64,000 nucleotides of DNA from Cyanobacteria bacterium P01_D01_bin.156. Lineage in GTDB: Bacteria; Cyanobacteriota; Cyanobacteriia; Phormidesmidales; Phormidesmidaceae. Position numbers and translations under genes: made by a program. The stretch lies in contig JBCCQQ010000029.1 in NCBI GenBank assembly GCA_039024555.1, positions 8,132 through 72,131 of the forward strand, in the 5' to 3' direction. Below are positions 31,701-39,507 of the stretch, in pieces. A model generated the notes under the pieces. That model was given only the letters and a program-made list of their open reading frames with translations, made no database searches and was not told the origin of the DNA. Position 1 is the first letter of the stretch; the number at the start of each line of letters is the position of its first letter.

Positions 31701-32922
31701 CATTGGCCATGTTTCGACCGGCATCACCCCCTTTATCCGCTGCTGAGGTATCGGCTTCACCACTTTGTTTACTATTGATCTCCTGATTAATCCCTTTGAT
31801 GCCCTCATCCACGTCTTTTTTGACGTCATCCTTTTTATCCCGTTGCAGTACCCCTTGAACCCCATGGGAAATGGAGGGAGCACGGTCGCTCGTTCGCTGC
31901 AGAGTATCTGTTTCAGGCCCCTCCTGGGTGTGTTTCACAACCTGGTCTGCCATGCGATCGGCTTCTTGTTCATAGCGATCGCCTACAGCCCCGACCATTA
32001 AATCAGGCTGGATTGTGACTGAAACTTCTTCTAGATTGCCCACCGGTCGGGTTGCTACCTGGGAAATCTTCTGGCGCTGAACCTTAGGGGCAACGCTGGC
32101 GGCAACTGGCTGAGCAGAGGTTGCTAAAGGGGATTTGTTTATCTTTTCGGTCTTTTGGGCTAACCGTTTAGGATTTACGGTGGATGGGCCAGTTTGTTGA
32201 ATGGTGTGGGTGAGTTCGTGGGCTAGTAACCGTTTGCCACCAGTGGATTCTGGATTATATTTTCCAGAATTGAAGTAAATATCATTTCCGTGGGTAAATG
32301 CCTGAGCTTTCAGATTTTGATTCATCTGTACCGCTTCGGCATTGGTGTGGACACGTACCCCACCAAAATCATTGCCAAAGCGCGATTCCATGAAGTCACG
32401 CGTATTATTTGAGAGGGGTTGTCCTCCGCCCTTACTGCTTTGTAAGCGGCTTTCAATAGTAGACCCCGCTTCAAAGGAACCGTCCTCTGATTTGGTTTGT
32501 AATGGTGGGGCTGTTAATGAATTAGGCTCTGCCTTGAGGGTAACGGCACCGTCTTCCCATTTCTCGTCGGCTTTGGAAACGTTATCTGCCAGGGGGCCAG
32601 TTTCTAGAGGTTTGAGACTGACGGCACCATCTTCCCAGCGTTCTTTGACACCGTCTACTGTCTGTCGCTGAATGCGTCGTTGAATCGGTTTAGCCGGTCT
32701 ATACTCGGCAATTGCCACCTGTTCAAAGTGGTGGCCCTGGGTATCCGCCTGTTGTATTGGGTTATTGGGTGGTTCACCCGCCATTTGAATCTGGCCACCT
32801 TCATAGTCCAGACTTTGCTCATCGGATTCTGGCTGAGTGTCCTGGCTGTCAAACAGAGATTGTCCGCCAGCGGGAGCCGGAGTCGGAGTCGCGGAAACCT
32901 GAGTTTTTGCCTTTGTTGTCAT
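25795..32922 (-). CDS. 2375-aa eCIS-associated protein with three DUF4157 domains and a hydrophobic helical core
   Basis: Three copies of F..DF..VR.H....A.AFT...I.F..G.Y.P.......LLAHELTH.[IVQ]QQ; two EQEAD.MAD motifs; hydrophobic helical middle region; K/D-rich linker. Confidence 0.88.
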   Translation of the reverse strand: MTTKAKTQVSATPTPAPAGGQSLFDSQDTQPESDEQSLDYEGGQIQMAGEPPNNPIQQADTQGHHFEQVAIAEYRPAKPIQRRIQRQTVDGVKERWEDGAVSLKPLETGPLADNVSKADEKWEDGAVTLKAEPNSLTAPPLQTKSEDGSFEAGSTIESRLQSSKGGGQPLSNNTRDFMESRFGNDFGGVRVHTNAEAVQMNQNLKAQAFTHGNDIYFNSGKYNPESTGGKRLLAHELTHTIQQTGPSTVNPKRLAQKTEKINKSPLATSAQPVAASVAPKVQRQKISQVATRPVGNLEEVSVTIQPDLMVGAVGDRYEQEADRMADQVVKHTQEGPETDTLQRTSDRAPSISHGVQGVLQRDKKDDVKKDVDEGIKGINQEINSKQSGEADTSAADKGGDAGRNMANEAKSKLGNASDEDKAEEAAEDLKNKSENEAKKAQDEGENTGEKETQKQQSDVGQAEQKALEEKETQQKKSEEAEAENNGEEAAAEEQPEGADGSAESGEVSPELTPIGTPEHLPDPGLVEAPDFSGTKAPSSPDEDPAFAAVVDQSEHVAAQQSTHKPAVDKAREAQDAVNDPAQQSRRAQATQSEEAAGKKPQLFDRESFVSALLSVLESNKPKSQKDIEEGKGMDGSSEKVTAEVNKAKSKSEGELKESATRAPDPASEDPKPVTQAPEAVEEAGEKPPDESINATAATPKPRTEEEVEKPLQETQQALENLVPKNKKDLPPIQAKLMVGAPGDKFEQEADHMADTVMAMNTPKLATEPAKHNKQVPATPQPETATDPAVQTETENGQEVQRQPQVTQLPDIQLLPGLFLQRQAIVEAETPTQKDNPVPLDENRLKSYEKDAGVDATGALEEGKQHFGGGAQQKFRQTEASVQADTEKSQTDTIAAGNDDMFATRMEEMLGVQESQQESQTTDESERTRVSQEIQAIYDETKGNVNGTLTRMDQRVNDEFAATDRRAKAVFERRQKQLFENWKHQYYRVRNPMYIPWIEIKAGWAYIKIRFYMKPIFNTPLWLVNKVFTGLPDEVNNIYEIAKEDYLNVQRQGVHRIADIVEEELTNAKAEVDRGRQRVQEYVAALPDDLRSIGLDAAATVQAQFDGLEQTIRDKQNSLVDDLKAKYEASLKEVNERIEELKAANASLVSKIASALAEIGKWILRQVLNILKPPISLIPGIGSHVNAFLDAFVDDPGGVMNTLFTGIGEGFKKFGNNILKHVINGFFEWLLGSGIQIKFPDKFDLQGVIDILLQILGLTKDAIFELAASLMPDWAVELLRMLLDQGLSALSNLTETLKDLGVPQYVMSFFQAIGDFPKKGFMAIWDFIKDVFSSLKGEFITMIVTQVVIPEIAIAGIQYIIGLMNPASGIAKIVKMIVDVVIFLINNKDMIFEVLKSIGAVFSAVVSKTWQPVAQAVELALAKIIPLALGFFASLLGLGGIPNKIGNVVEKLRTPVDKGLGGIFEKLGMLLDPVGAIEGGVSGLADKAASKSGKKRNKKKNKDDDDDKSSEQNKANDKPPEQKNSSTPASSKNSSQPANKDSTNQQSSKPTGQANDTNKGKTNSQDKSTAEKDSNKSNQDSNKKKNNDDDDDDSQDPKKKKDDDDDKDPKKKKDDDKQDPKKKKKDDDDDDKDPKKKKDKDKDKKNNPKSNLKKQLKAAVTDVRNLADDKRDPDKVKGKLSSIKKKRDLDSLTLKKKGNKKYQVIGKATAKPDKKGKGTKARRKPLPGVTAVPHDSASVEEHVQRLSGQGNQLSDPVQSSMEDAFGTADFSGVRIHHDAEGDRLSRAMNAQAFTVNQDIFFRQGHYQPDTPQGKHLLAHELTHVQQQRSGHQVGVAQRKSNQGDWKDENNDVAVKKKKLKATKKKGDFTVEAKLVEKDKVLKKVRDKLKGRIKRNADFKKIKKYAKQLKKQYKLKALTVTKTKRDGSRYKISGEVDKKNNKSAQKVAAAPAQPQHIIQPTLETDIQRSEGRGQTLSSAVRAPLEDAFATDFSPVRIHTGNEGDRLSRAIQAKAFTTGRDIFFRRGTYAPETDSGQHLLAHELTHVIQQSGDQPAVGQRVSRPEATPPPVQRVADRSGLGLWIQRDAENTGESTPEAGNLTAVAAGAAAGAAASGLLSGGGKKEEDVTVRSRITDKDSKLTVNVRIEEKQEEEEEAPPEEDTQMSEEEETPEEALPPSLVNDIVKVIQDIVNQDPDPDTVARKLDKVRVMFEMQLVKLVTYAEVGDSFQYIVKINGRAKFIRASKIASFLKRLGGAARKGAAKVTDNVNNPTASKSTQTDTAKPITAADAPPPKTSVKAADPTTDHKTDTATPTKEPVADTPTPDKVTPSSTDKTAKSVDKIDQAQDRKMKVSSKVRRLNPETIDVIIRATPQAQKQ
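28011..28170 (-). repeat. Coding tandem repeat, ~4 x DPKKKK(K)DDDD
   Basis: Repeated ttaggatc(c/t)..tcatcatcgtc units inside the 2375-aa gene. Confidence 0.8.
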
Positions 32923-32965
32923 GACGGTGAACCAATGGGGAAGATATCAGCCAAAAAACTAGGGA

Positions 32966-34276
32966 TTATCCCCCCACGGTCATGAGCGTTAGGGCTTTGT
33001 TAAGCCAGTGAGACTTTTGCGATCGCTGGTGTGGGAAAATAGTATCCACGTCAATTTCGCCATAGTCCAGCTGTTGAATCAGGGCCTTACAGAGCTGAAT
33101 GGTGTTATCTTCTGGCTGATGTAACAGTTCAGGATGAGAATTGTCGAATACAGGATCTAAATAGCGGCCATCGACCCAGGTGGGCGAAACCCCCAAATAG
33201 GCTTTGGCGTTGAGCGGTTGCCCCGGTTGGTAGGTAAACTTGAGATAGGCTAAACGCTTAACCAACAGACATTCGCGATAGGGGGCCAGCTGATCTGACC
33301 AGTGTTGCAACAGAGCTGGGAAGGGTGCCAGGTTATCCTGAGACCGTATATAGCCGGGATAGGCCAGTAGTGCAGCTGCGCGATCGCAGGAACAAATTCC
33401 CATCGTCACCAGGCGATTCAGAACCTGTTGCCAATCGTTTTTTTGGCCAAAGTAACATTCCACCGCAATGTGCGGTGATAGCTCGTGGTGAATTTCTAGC
33501 TGTAGGGATAGGGATTGGGCACCGTGACACACCCCACTTAGCAAAGGTGTCAGTAGATCCAGGTCCCCAGACCAGTTAAGCTGCTGGAGCATTGAACGTA
33601 TCCGTTGCAGCGTCATATCCTTGATGTAAAGCCTGAGACCGGGTACATCATCTGACTGGCTAACCCGACCTGACAGTGCACCCACTTGAAACAGCGGAGT
33701 GGTGGGTGAGAGTGTGGAAAGACACTGCTGTAGTGTGTGCTGAGTGTCTGTTGGCAAGGTACGGCCCAGCAATGCGGGTAAAGCCTGTTGGCCAATCCAG
33801 TCTAGACTGTTGCCACGGCTCTCCTTGAGTCCGAAAAAGCTACTAGGTACCGGCAGCTCTGCATTATTTTGATTGATGTCAAATTCTAACCAGATATCTT
33901 CAATCTCGGATTGGAGAGCCTGTTGGGGAGATTGCCAAAGACGGGCCAACTGCTGAATATGGTGCCAGGGCGTTTGAGTCCACAGGTCTGTAAACCCTGG
34001 AGGCATTAACTCCGGTTCTCGATGTAGTTGACTAAGGACCGGTAGCGTTAAGGGTTGTCCCGCTAAGAGGGACTGTCCCCAGGCTCCACTTACCCGTAAG
34101 AAAAAGTCCGCCTCCGTCGGCTGGGATAGGGGACATTCAAACCCTACCGTTGTTCCTAAGGTAAGCGGTAACTGTTCTGCGACTGTACCAATTGCGGCCA
34201 GGGCTGACGGTGTTATCAGCTGGTCAGAAATTGTTGGTGCGATCGCAATAATAATGTCATTTAGGGAAGATACCAT
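32966..34276 (-). CDS. Hypothetical protein, possibly ABBA/aromatic-prenyltransferase-like fold
   Basis: Likely start is ATG 34276 (MVSSLND), just after the DUF6760-frame stop. Motifs FECPL, IWLEFD, PSSFFG, FQVGALSGR, LKFTYQPGQPLNAKAYLG. The fold call is tentative. Confidence 0.55.
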   Translation of the reverse strand: MVSSLNDIIIAIAPTISDQLITPSALAAIGTVAEQLPLTLGTTVGFECPLSQPTEADFFLRVSGAWGQSLLAGQPLTLPVLSQLHREPELMPPGFTDLWTQTPWHHIQQLARLWQSPQQALQSEIEDIWLEFDINQNNAELPVPSSFFGLKESRGNSLDWIGQQALPALLGRTLPTDTQHTLQQCLSTLSPTTPLFQVGALSGRVSQSDDVPGLRLYIKDMTLQRIRSMLQQLNWSGDLDLLTPLLSGVCHGAQSLSLQLEIHHELSPHIAVECYFGQKNDWQQVLNRLVTMGICSCDRAAALLAYPGYIRSQDNLAPFPALLQHWSDQLAPYRECLLVKRLAYLKFTYQPGQPLNAKAYLGVSPTWVDGRYLDPVFDNSHPELLHQPEDNTIQLCKALIQQLDYGEIDVDTIFPHQRSQKSHWLNKALTLMTVGG

Positions 34277-34278
34277 CC

Positions 34279-34434
34279 TTAGGGCTCCTGGGCTATTAGC
34301 TGGTAAACCTCTTGCACCCAACGATGGCGCTCTTGATGTTCCAGCGACAAAATTTCTTGACGTGACCAGTGAAAATGAAACGCAATTAAGGCTATCTCTT
34401 GGTACAGCTGTTCCAAGGGATAGCCAGGAGCTCC
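34279..34434 (-). CDS. DUF6760-like tail-chaperone extension; no start codon, probably made by -1 frameshift from the upstream gene
   Basis: The -1 frame reads GAPGYPLEQLYQEIALIAFHFHWSRQEILSLEHQERHRWVQEVYQLIAQEP*. Upstream in that frame is TAA TGA with no ATG/GTG in between. Confidence 0.8.
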   Translation of the reverse strand, partial: GAPGYPLEQLYQEIALIAFHFHWSRQEILSLEHQERHRWVQEVYQLIAQEP

Positions 34435-34778
34435 CCCATTAGGGAAAGCCGGTAGTCGGAAGGATTGATATCATTATAAAGCTCGATCAAGTAGTGTACA
34501 TCGGCCATAAAGAGATGACCCACATCATCGGCACTCAGCTGTGGATGTCCCTGGAGCTGTGTAACCCGTGATAAGCGTAACAAGATTCCATAGGCATCAC
34601 TGTCCATCATTTGTGACCCATGGTGGGCAGCCAGTTCATCGGCTCCAGTGGCCAATCGCATGTGGCCCTGGCGATACGCCTCTGTCTCAGTGGTGAATCC
34701 TTGGGGAAGTTCCAACGGTACTTGGGTAGAACCAGGTGGTTTACTGGCTGGTTCTAAGGAAGGCAGGGGAGACATCAT
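34392..34778 (-). CDS. Tail assembly chaperone-like protein, divergent paralog
   Basis: LELPQGF.......QGHMRLATGADEL...LLRLSRV...LFMADVHYLIELYNDIN; ends ...ATG GGG GAG at the candidate slip site. Confidence 0.75.
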   Translation of the reverse strand: MMSPLPSLEPASKPPGSTQVPLELPQGFTTETEAYRQGHMRLATGADELAAHHGSQMMDSDAYGILLRLSRVTQLQGHPQLSADDVGHLFMADVHYLIELYNDINPSDYRLSLMGELLAIPWNSCTKR

Positions 34779-35164
34779 GACGTCGCAGCAACAAGTTCTT
34801 GGGTAAGCGCATTTTCGATATCTGTTATGGACTCAGCAGAAATATCTGCCTCGGTAAGTATTGCCGGACTGTTGATCTGTCGATAAAGGGTTTGCAGGTA
34901 GCCCAAGTCCGAGGCAAACATATTTTCCAACACCTGGGGAGTCACTTCGGGTAAATCCCCTAGGGAGACAATCACCCGAGTCAGGATGATAATGGAGGCA
35001 TAGGCTGGGTTAGCTTGTACCCGAGGGTCCTGCAGGGGTAAAATCTCATCCATGGCCCGCGATCGCCTCATGATGCCCACTTGGTGCACCTGACCAAAGT
35101 CATCAACATAGCCAGTGGGTAAGCAAAACTCAAATTCTGTTTGCATCATTGTTTTCTTTTGCAT
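34775..35164 (-). CDS. CIS tail assembly chaperone-like protein
   Basis: QTEFEFCLPTGYVDD.G.VH..GIMRRS.AMDEI.PLQDPRVQANPAY...ILTRVI..LG......VLENMFASDLGYLQTLYRQIN; a small protein typical of eCIS loci. Confidence 0.85.
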   Translation of the reverse strand: MQKKTMMQTEFEFCLPTGYVDDFGQVHQVGIMRRSRAMDEILPLQDPRVQANPAYASIIILTRVIVSLGDLPEVTPQVLENMFASDLGYLQTLYRQINSPAILTEADISAESITDIENALTQELVAATS

Positions 35165-35167
35165 ATG

Positions 35168-35698
35168 TTAACTAATGGGGCTGACCCGCTTAAAGCCTTC
35201 GCAGGCCAGCTCTAAATCTTCAAAGGCTAGGTCTGTGCCCGACACCATACTGTCTGACAGGGTGTAACTGACCGGCCAGGCACCCTCAAACTGAAACCGG
35301 GCTCCGGCGGTGCCATCCTGACGATAAAGTGTGATCGAACCATCTTTGCAAGCCGCTGGCCATCCCCCATCCTGGGCCAGGTCAATCCAATTCCACAGGG
35401 TTTCTGAGGCCCCCATACCCCGGCGCAGATTAATATTGTCAATGCGCTCGACGCCAGGAATTTTACTGCGATGGATAAGTCCCACCGAACTACCCTGACG
35501 GCCCCAACCTTCAGGGAACGATTCTGTGAACTCAATCACATCTTGGTAGTACTTGAGCCCCTTACATTCCATAAACAATCCGTCCACATCATCTACGCTG
35601 TCGTTTAAGTGGAGTTCCACATAAAAGCGAGATGCCGTGAGATATTCATAAAATGTTGTGGTGTCCTCAGGGGATGGTGTGGTTACCACATTCACCAT
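35168..35698 (-). CDS. Phage-tail tube protein (gp19-like)
   Basis: RFYVEL...FMECKGL...NINLRRGM....LWNW...DGSITLY.QDG...ARFQFEGAWPVSY.......LAFEDLELACEG. Confidence 0.88.
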   Translation of the reverse strand: MVNVVTTPSPEDTTTFYEYLTASRFYVELHLNDSVDDVDGLFMECKGLKYYQDVIEFTESFPEGWGRQGSSVGLIHRSKIPGVERIDNINLRRGMGASETLWNWIDLAQDGGWPAACKDGSITLYRQDGTAGARFQFEGAWPVSYTLSDSMVSGTDLAFEDLELACEGFKRVSPIS

Positions 35699-35830
35699 GC
35701 TGTAACTCTCCTTTTATAACGTTGAGTATTAGGGTGTTAGAGCCATAGTCATTACCCACATCGCAAGATGTAATTTAGGACGGTTCGAAGTTTTGTAGAC
35801 TCACCCAGAAGCCGCGTTTTTACCCTATCC

Positions 35831-36355
35831 CTAGGCGGATGTACCCGCTGTCGGTACTCGAATTAGGCCTGCATGGGCAATCTCAATGGTTTCCTTAAAT
35901 AGATCGGTACTCTCGGTTTGCACCTGGGTGGTGGTGTACTTTGCTGGAATCGCATCACGAATTGACCAGCGTGCACCTTCTGTACCATCTTGTTTGTAGA
36001 AGACTAAACCACCCGAAAAGCGATTTTTCATTTCTGGGCGGCCACCACCAATGGCAGACTTGGGATGACAATCCAGGTACCAGTTCAACAAAATATCATT
36101 TTCGCGGGCAGTCACAAACTCTAGCGTTAGGTTCTCGTAGGTGACGCCGCTGGGGGTAATTTGGGTTTGGGTGACAATTCCTTTACCAACACCGATAGGT
36201 TGTCCTTCGGCAGCGGGATCAATTGAAATGGATACACCGCTACATTTGGAAATTAAAAGGCGGGTGGTGGCATCATATTCAAAGTAAAATCGGCTGACGG
36301 TGAGATATTCCATTCGTGCCGTACTGTAGGCAAAGGCGCTGGCTGCAGCAACCAT
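35831..36355 (-). CDS. Phage-tail tube protein (gp19-like, divergent)
   Basis: RFYFEYD...YENLTL......LLNWY...SGGLVFYKQDG.EGARWSIRDAIPAKY......ETIEIAH.G. Confidence 0.82.
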   Translation of the reverse strand: MVAAASAFAYSTARMEYLTVSRFYFEYDATTRLLISKCSGVSISIDPAAEGQPIGVGKGIVTQTQITPSGVTYENLTLEFVTARENDILLNWYLDCHPKSAIGGGRPEMKNRFSGGLVFYKQDGTEGARWSIRDAIPAKYTTTQVQTESTDLFKETIEIAHAGLIRVPTAGTSA

Positions 36356-36435
36356 GGTGGGGTACTCCTATGTAATAACTAAAAAACTGAAGCGTAGTTC
36401 AAAAAAACTACGGATTAGACTCCTGAAAAGAGACT

Positions 36436-36987
36436 TTAAGAATAGCTCACCGCCAGGGAAGCGCGACGATCGGAAGCGCTGGTATTAGAACTCGATAGCG
36501 AAACAACCTTATCAATATGTTCGGCCACGAGTTCGTAAGTCTCCACCGCCAAGTCTTGTCCAGTCACATCAGGATCGGAAATAGAGTACTTTTTAACCCA
36601 GGCCCGGAATAAGTTCCAACGCAGTACCTCGTCACCTTGGGGATCGTAGACAACAATGGAGCCCGTGCGACGGTTTTTAGACCAGTTGCCACGACCGCCA
36701 TCACTGGGGGGTAAACACTCTTGGAACCAGTTATAAAGTTGGAAGCTGGCACTACGAGAGTCGTCGCACATATAGACTTCCACCGTCATTGACGGACTAG
36801 AATCGTAGCCGCCAGATGTGGTCTGTCGAGATGTTTTACCACCCTTGGTTGAGGCAATTGCTTTAGCATTACCCGTGACCTTAGCCTCATAGGAGAGCTG
36901 GGCCATGCTCTTAATTTCTGCTTCTGTGATGCCGTCGAATTCAATGTAGTAACTCGACGCCGTGGTGGTAAAAATTGGTTCAGCCAT
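36436..36987 (-). CDS. Phage-tail tube protein (gp19-like), first gene after the sheath
   Basis: YYIEFDG...LYNWF......RRTGSIVVYDPQGDEVLRWNLFRAWVKKY.........LAVETYELVAE. Confidence 0.85.
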   Translation of the reverse strand: MAEPIFTTTASSYYIEFDGITEAEIKSMAQLSYEAKVTGNAKAIASTKGGKTSRQTTSGGYDSSPSMTVEVYMCDDSRSASFQLYNWFQECLPPSDGGRGNWSKNRRTGSIVVYDPQGDEVLRWNLFRAWVKKYSISDPDVTGQDLAVETYELVAEHIDKVVSLSSSNTSASDRRASLAVSYS

Positions 36988-37088
36988 TTACTAAGCCTCC
37001 GCAGTAATTTTTTGGTTGCTTTCTGTTACTTACCAGAAAGCTTCTAATGGAAATTGGGTGTTATGGGAGATTGAGATTTTCCGCATAC

Positions 37089-37129
37089 AAAAAATGATCA
37101 AAGGATGGGATGGACATCCCTTGATCATT
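37089..37129 (-). terminator. Intrinsic terminator-like hairpin after the sheath gene
   Basis: Minus strand AATGATCAAGGGATG-7 nt-CATCCTTTGATCATT (15-bp stem, one G-U) running into a T tract, 8 nt after the sheath stop. Confidence 0.7.
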
Positions 37130-37137
37130 AGAGGAGA

Positions 37138-38868
37138 CTAACTCTCGTCCTGACCATTCCACTGGCTGATGCGGAAGATCACAAATTCCGCAGGACGTAC
37201 CGGGCATACTCCCACTTCGATATACAATCGACCTAACAGCATGGTGTCAGAGGTATTTAGCTCACCGTCGCACTTAACGTAAAAAGCCTGTTCAGGGCTG
37301 CTACCCATAAGTGCGCCTTGTCGCCATAATTCTGTCAAGAAATTACTAACAACTCGCTTGACGCGCTGCCACAGATCTTCGTCGTTGGGCTCAAAAACAA
37401 CCCACTGGGTACCTGTTTCGATGGACTTTTCAATGTAGCTCATTAGACGACGTACATTGATGTAGCGCCATTCAGTAATATCGGGTTCCACCAAAGTGCG
37501 AGCACCCCAAATACGAATGCCACGACTGGGGAACGGACGTAAACAATTAATACCAATGGGGTTAAGTTGTTCCTGTTCCCGGAAGTTGCAATTGTAGGCT
37601 AGACCAGTGACACCGCGTGGTACCTCGTTGGCTGGCGCCTTGTGTACACCACGGGTTTCATCGGTGCGCGCCCACACACCCATAATATGACCACAGGGAG
37701 GAACCGTAATCGGGCGGCCACCATTGCGAGGGTTGGGGACTTCAATCCACGGATAGTAGAGGGCTGCAAACTGCGAACGACGATTAAACTCTTCTGATAA
37801 CCAGTGACTGACATCTTCAGGTTTTATGCGATCTGGGGGAGGATCAAACACCACCATACGATTAGGCGGATTTGGAATGTCTCCTGCCGCGGCGGCTTCG
37901 CACATGCTAATCATCAAATCCATTACTGAGTGGACCTGATCAATATCCATTAACCCGGCTTCGTATACCCGCATAACATCGGGACAGGCAATAATGGTGA
38001 CTTCGTCAATTTCAAATAGCCCCCGTAGGCCCGTACGATCATTGCCTGCCCCTTCTAAATGGCTAGGTAGTTCATCTTGGGATGATACGGGTAATGGTGG
38101 ACTAATTTCGTAAAGTCCATTAGCTGGGCGGCGAGCCAAAATGCTACCGGTACTGTTGAGGGAGGTGGCAACAACATAGTTAGAGGTGCGTAGAGCATCC
38201 TCCACGTAGTCGGCAACGGCAGTATTTACCTGGGGATTCATGGTCAAGTGTTCAAACCGCTCTAGGGTTTCGTCACCTTGACGTACTGCAACAGTAAAGA
38301 ACTCACCTGTATTGATATTGACTGTGGTGGCAGTAGCGGTGTTACCGTTACTGCTTTCTCCATCGCCATTGTTGTCGACAGCGCTGGGTGGTTTGGGAGT
38401 ACCGTTTAGGATTTGAATTTTCAGCGCACGGCTACCACCATTTTGAGATCCATTACTGAGTTGAGGCATGCCGCTAGACTGCAGAGAGAATCTCAGAGTA
38501 GGGCGATCTCGACGGCTGAGTAAATCAGTGCCACTTTCAGTGACTTCGGGGGCAGGTGTTCCTGGGAGACGTGTACCTATGCTGGTTACCCAACAACGAC
38601 CACCGCCATTGAGAAACCAACCATAGACCGAAAATGGTAAATAGGCATCAAAATCAGTAAATCCATCGGAGTTAGGTTTGCCAAAATACTCCAAATACTG
38701 ATTCCAGGTTGTTACCATCATGGGTCGAAAGAGTTCAGCCCCACCCCTAACATCCTCTGTAAATCCTACAAAGCCAGCGATCGCAGTGGGTAATCCTTCG
38801 ATTGGACGACTGCCGCGATCAACTTCCTCGACGTAAACCCCTGGCGCAAAATAGTCCAATCTTGCCAT
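37138..38868 (-). CDS. Contractile tail sheath protein (Afp2-4-like)
   Basis: APGVYVEEVD.GSRPIEG..TAIAGFVG; AALYYPW; PPCGHIMGVWARTD.TRGVHKAPANE; LNP.GINCLR; IWGARTL; WRYINVRR; WVVFEPND; PVRPAEFVIFRI. ATG 38868 follows GAGG. Confidence 0.95.
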   Translation of the reverse strand: MARLDYFAPGVYVEEVDRGSRPIEGLPTAIAGFVGFTEDVRGGAELFRPMMVTTWNQYLEYFGKPNSDGFTDFDAYLPFSVYGWFLNGGGRCWVTSIGTRLPGTPAPEVTESGTDLLSRRDRPTLRFSLQSSGMPQLSNGSQNGGSRALKIQILNGTPKPPSAVDNNGDGESSNGNTATATTVNINTGEFFTVAVRQGDETLERFEHLTMNPQVNTAVADYVEDALRTSNYVVATSLNSTGSILARRPANGLYEISPPLPVSSQDELPSHLEGAGNDRTGLRGLFEIDEVTIIACPDVMRVYEAGLMDIDQVHSVMDLMISMCEAAAAGDIPNPPNRMVVFDPPPDRIKPEDVSHWLSEEFNRRSQFAALYYPWIEVPNPRNGGRPITVPPCGHIMGVWARTDETRGVHKAPANEVPRGVTGLAYNCNFREQEQLNPIGINCLRPFPSRGIRIWGARTLVEPDITEWRYINVRRLMSYIEKSIETGTQWVVFEPNDEDLWQRVKRVVSNFLTELWRQGALMGSSPEQAFYVKCDGELNTSDTMLLGRLYIEVGVCPVRPAEFVIFRISQWNGQDES

Positions 38869-38992
38869 AGGTCTGACCTCTAACCTCCACAATTAGTGCG
38901 AATCGAGTATTCATTTCAGTAAAAAAGGTTTCTGTTCTAAAAGAACAATCTTTTGTTGCACATTAGCGGAGACCTCTTCATCTCGGTTAGTA

Positions 38993-39004
38993 GACTTTTG
39001 TCGG
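38993..39004. promoter_or_regulatory. Candidate operator GACTTTTGTCGG (copy 1, sheath/regulator divergent region)
   Basis: Identical 12-mer at 52819-52830; contains a GAC-N4-GTC dyad. Confidence 0.45.
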
Positions 39005-39507
39005 GTTTCCTAATCTTTGCTCCATCTTGTGATGGTGACAGTCAGTTCTCTGGCGGATTAAACCGTTTCCTATTAGGTGTTATTGAGTCTCTGTTCGCAA
39101 ACACATCTGTGAGATGTCAGTTATATGTCGTCAGAGTTAATCAAGAAAGAATCAAAACTTTTTGATAATTTGTTACAGAGCCCAAAAACGCGATAGTGAG
39201 CCAGATAAATCTGTTTAATAATAATTTTAGAATGCCATAGAAAACCTTTTGAGCCAGCTGTTTAGATGCACAGACATTGTCTGTCAAAACCATCCTACTT
39301 TCAGGCGATTGCTAATTAAACAACTGTTTGTATCATTCATGAAATCTGTCTACGTGGTAACTCGGTGGGATGATTGCAAATATGAGGGTTAATGGTTGAA
39401 GAGAGCTTGGTGGTTAGCCCCCTATTAACCAAGACAAACTATTTCAGTCAAAAACTCCCTTTTAAAGCAGTGATACTTCTCAAGACATCAAGCATTTATC
39501 AGAATAT

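Noticed and set aside
25771..32985. Numerous plus-strand ORFs of 60-185 aa
   Set aside because: Antisense shadows of the 2375-aa low-complexity gene.
34277..34321. N-terminal extension of the 451-aa ORF in the track
   Set aside because: It overlaps the DUF6760-like frame; ATG 34276 fits translational coupling better.
38953..39165. 70-aa ORF in the sheath/regulator gap
   Set aside because: TTG start, no motif, and it overlaps the probable divergent promoter region.
39270..39284. Palindrome ACAGACA-T-TGTCTGT upstream of the regulator
   Set aside because: Single occurrence and short enough to arise by chance; no second copy noticed.
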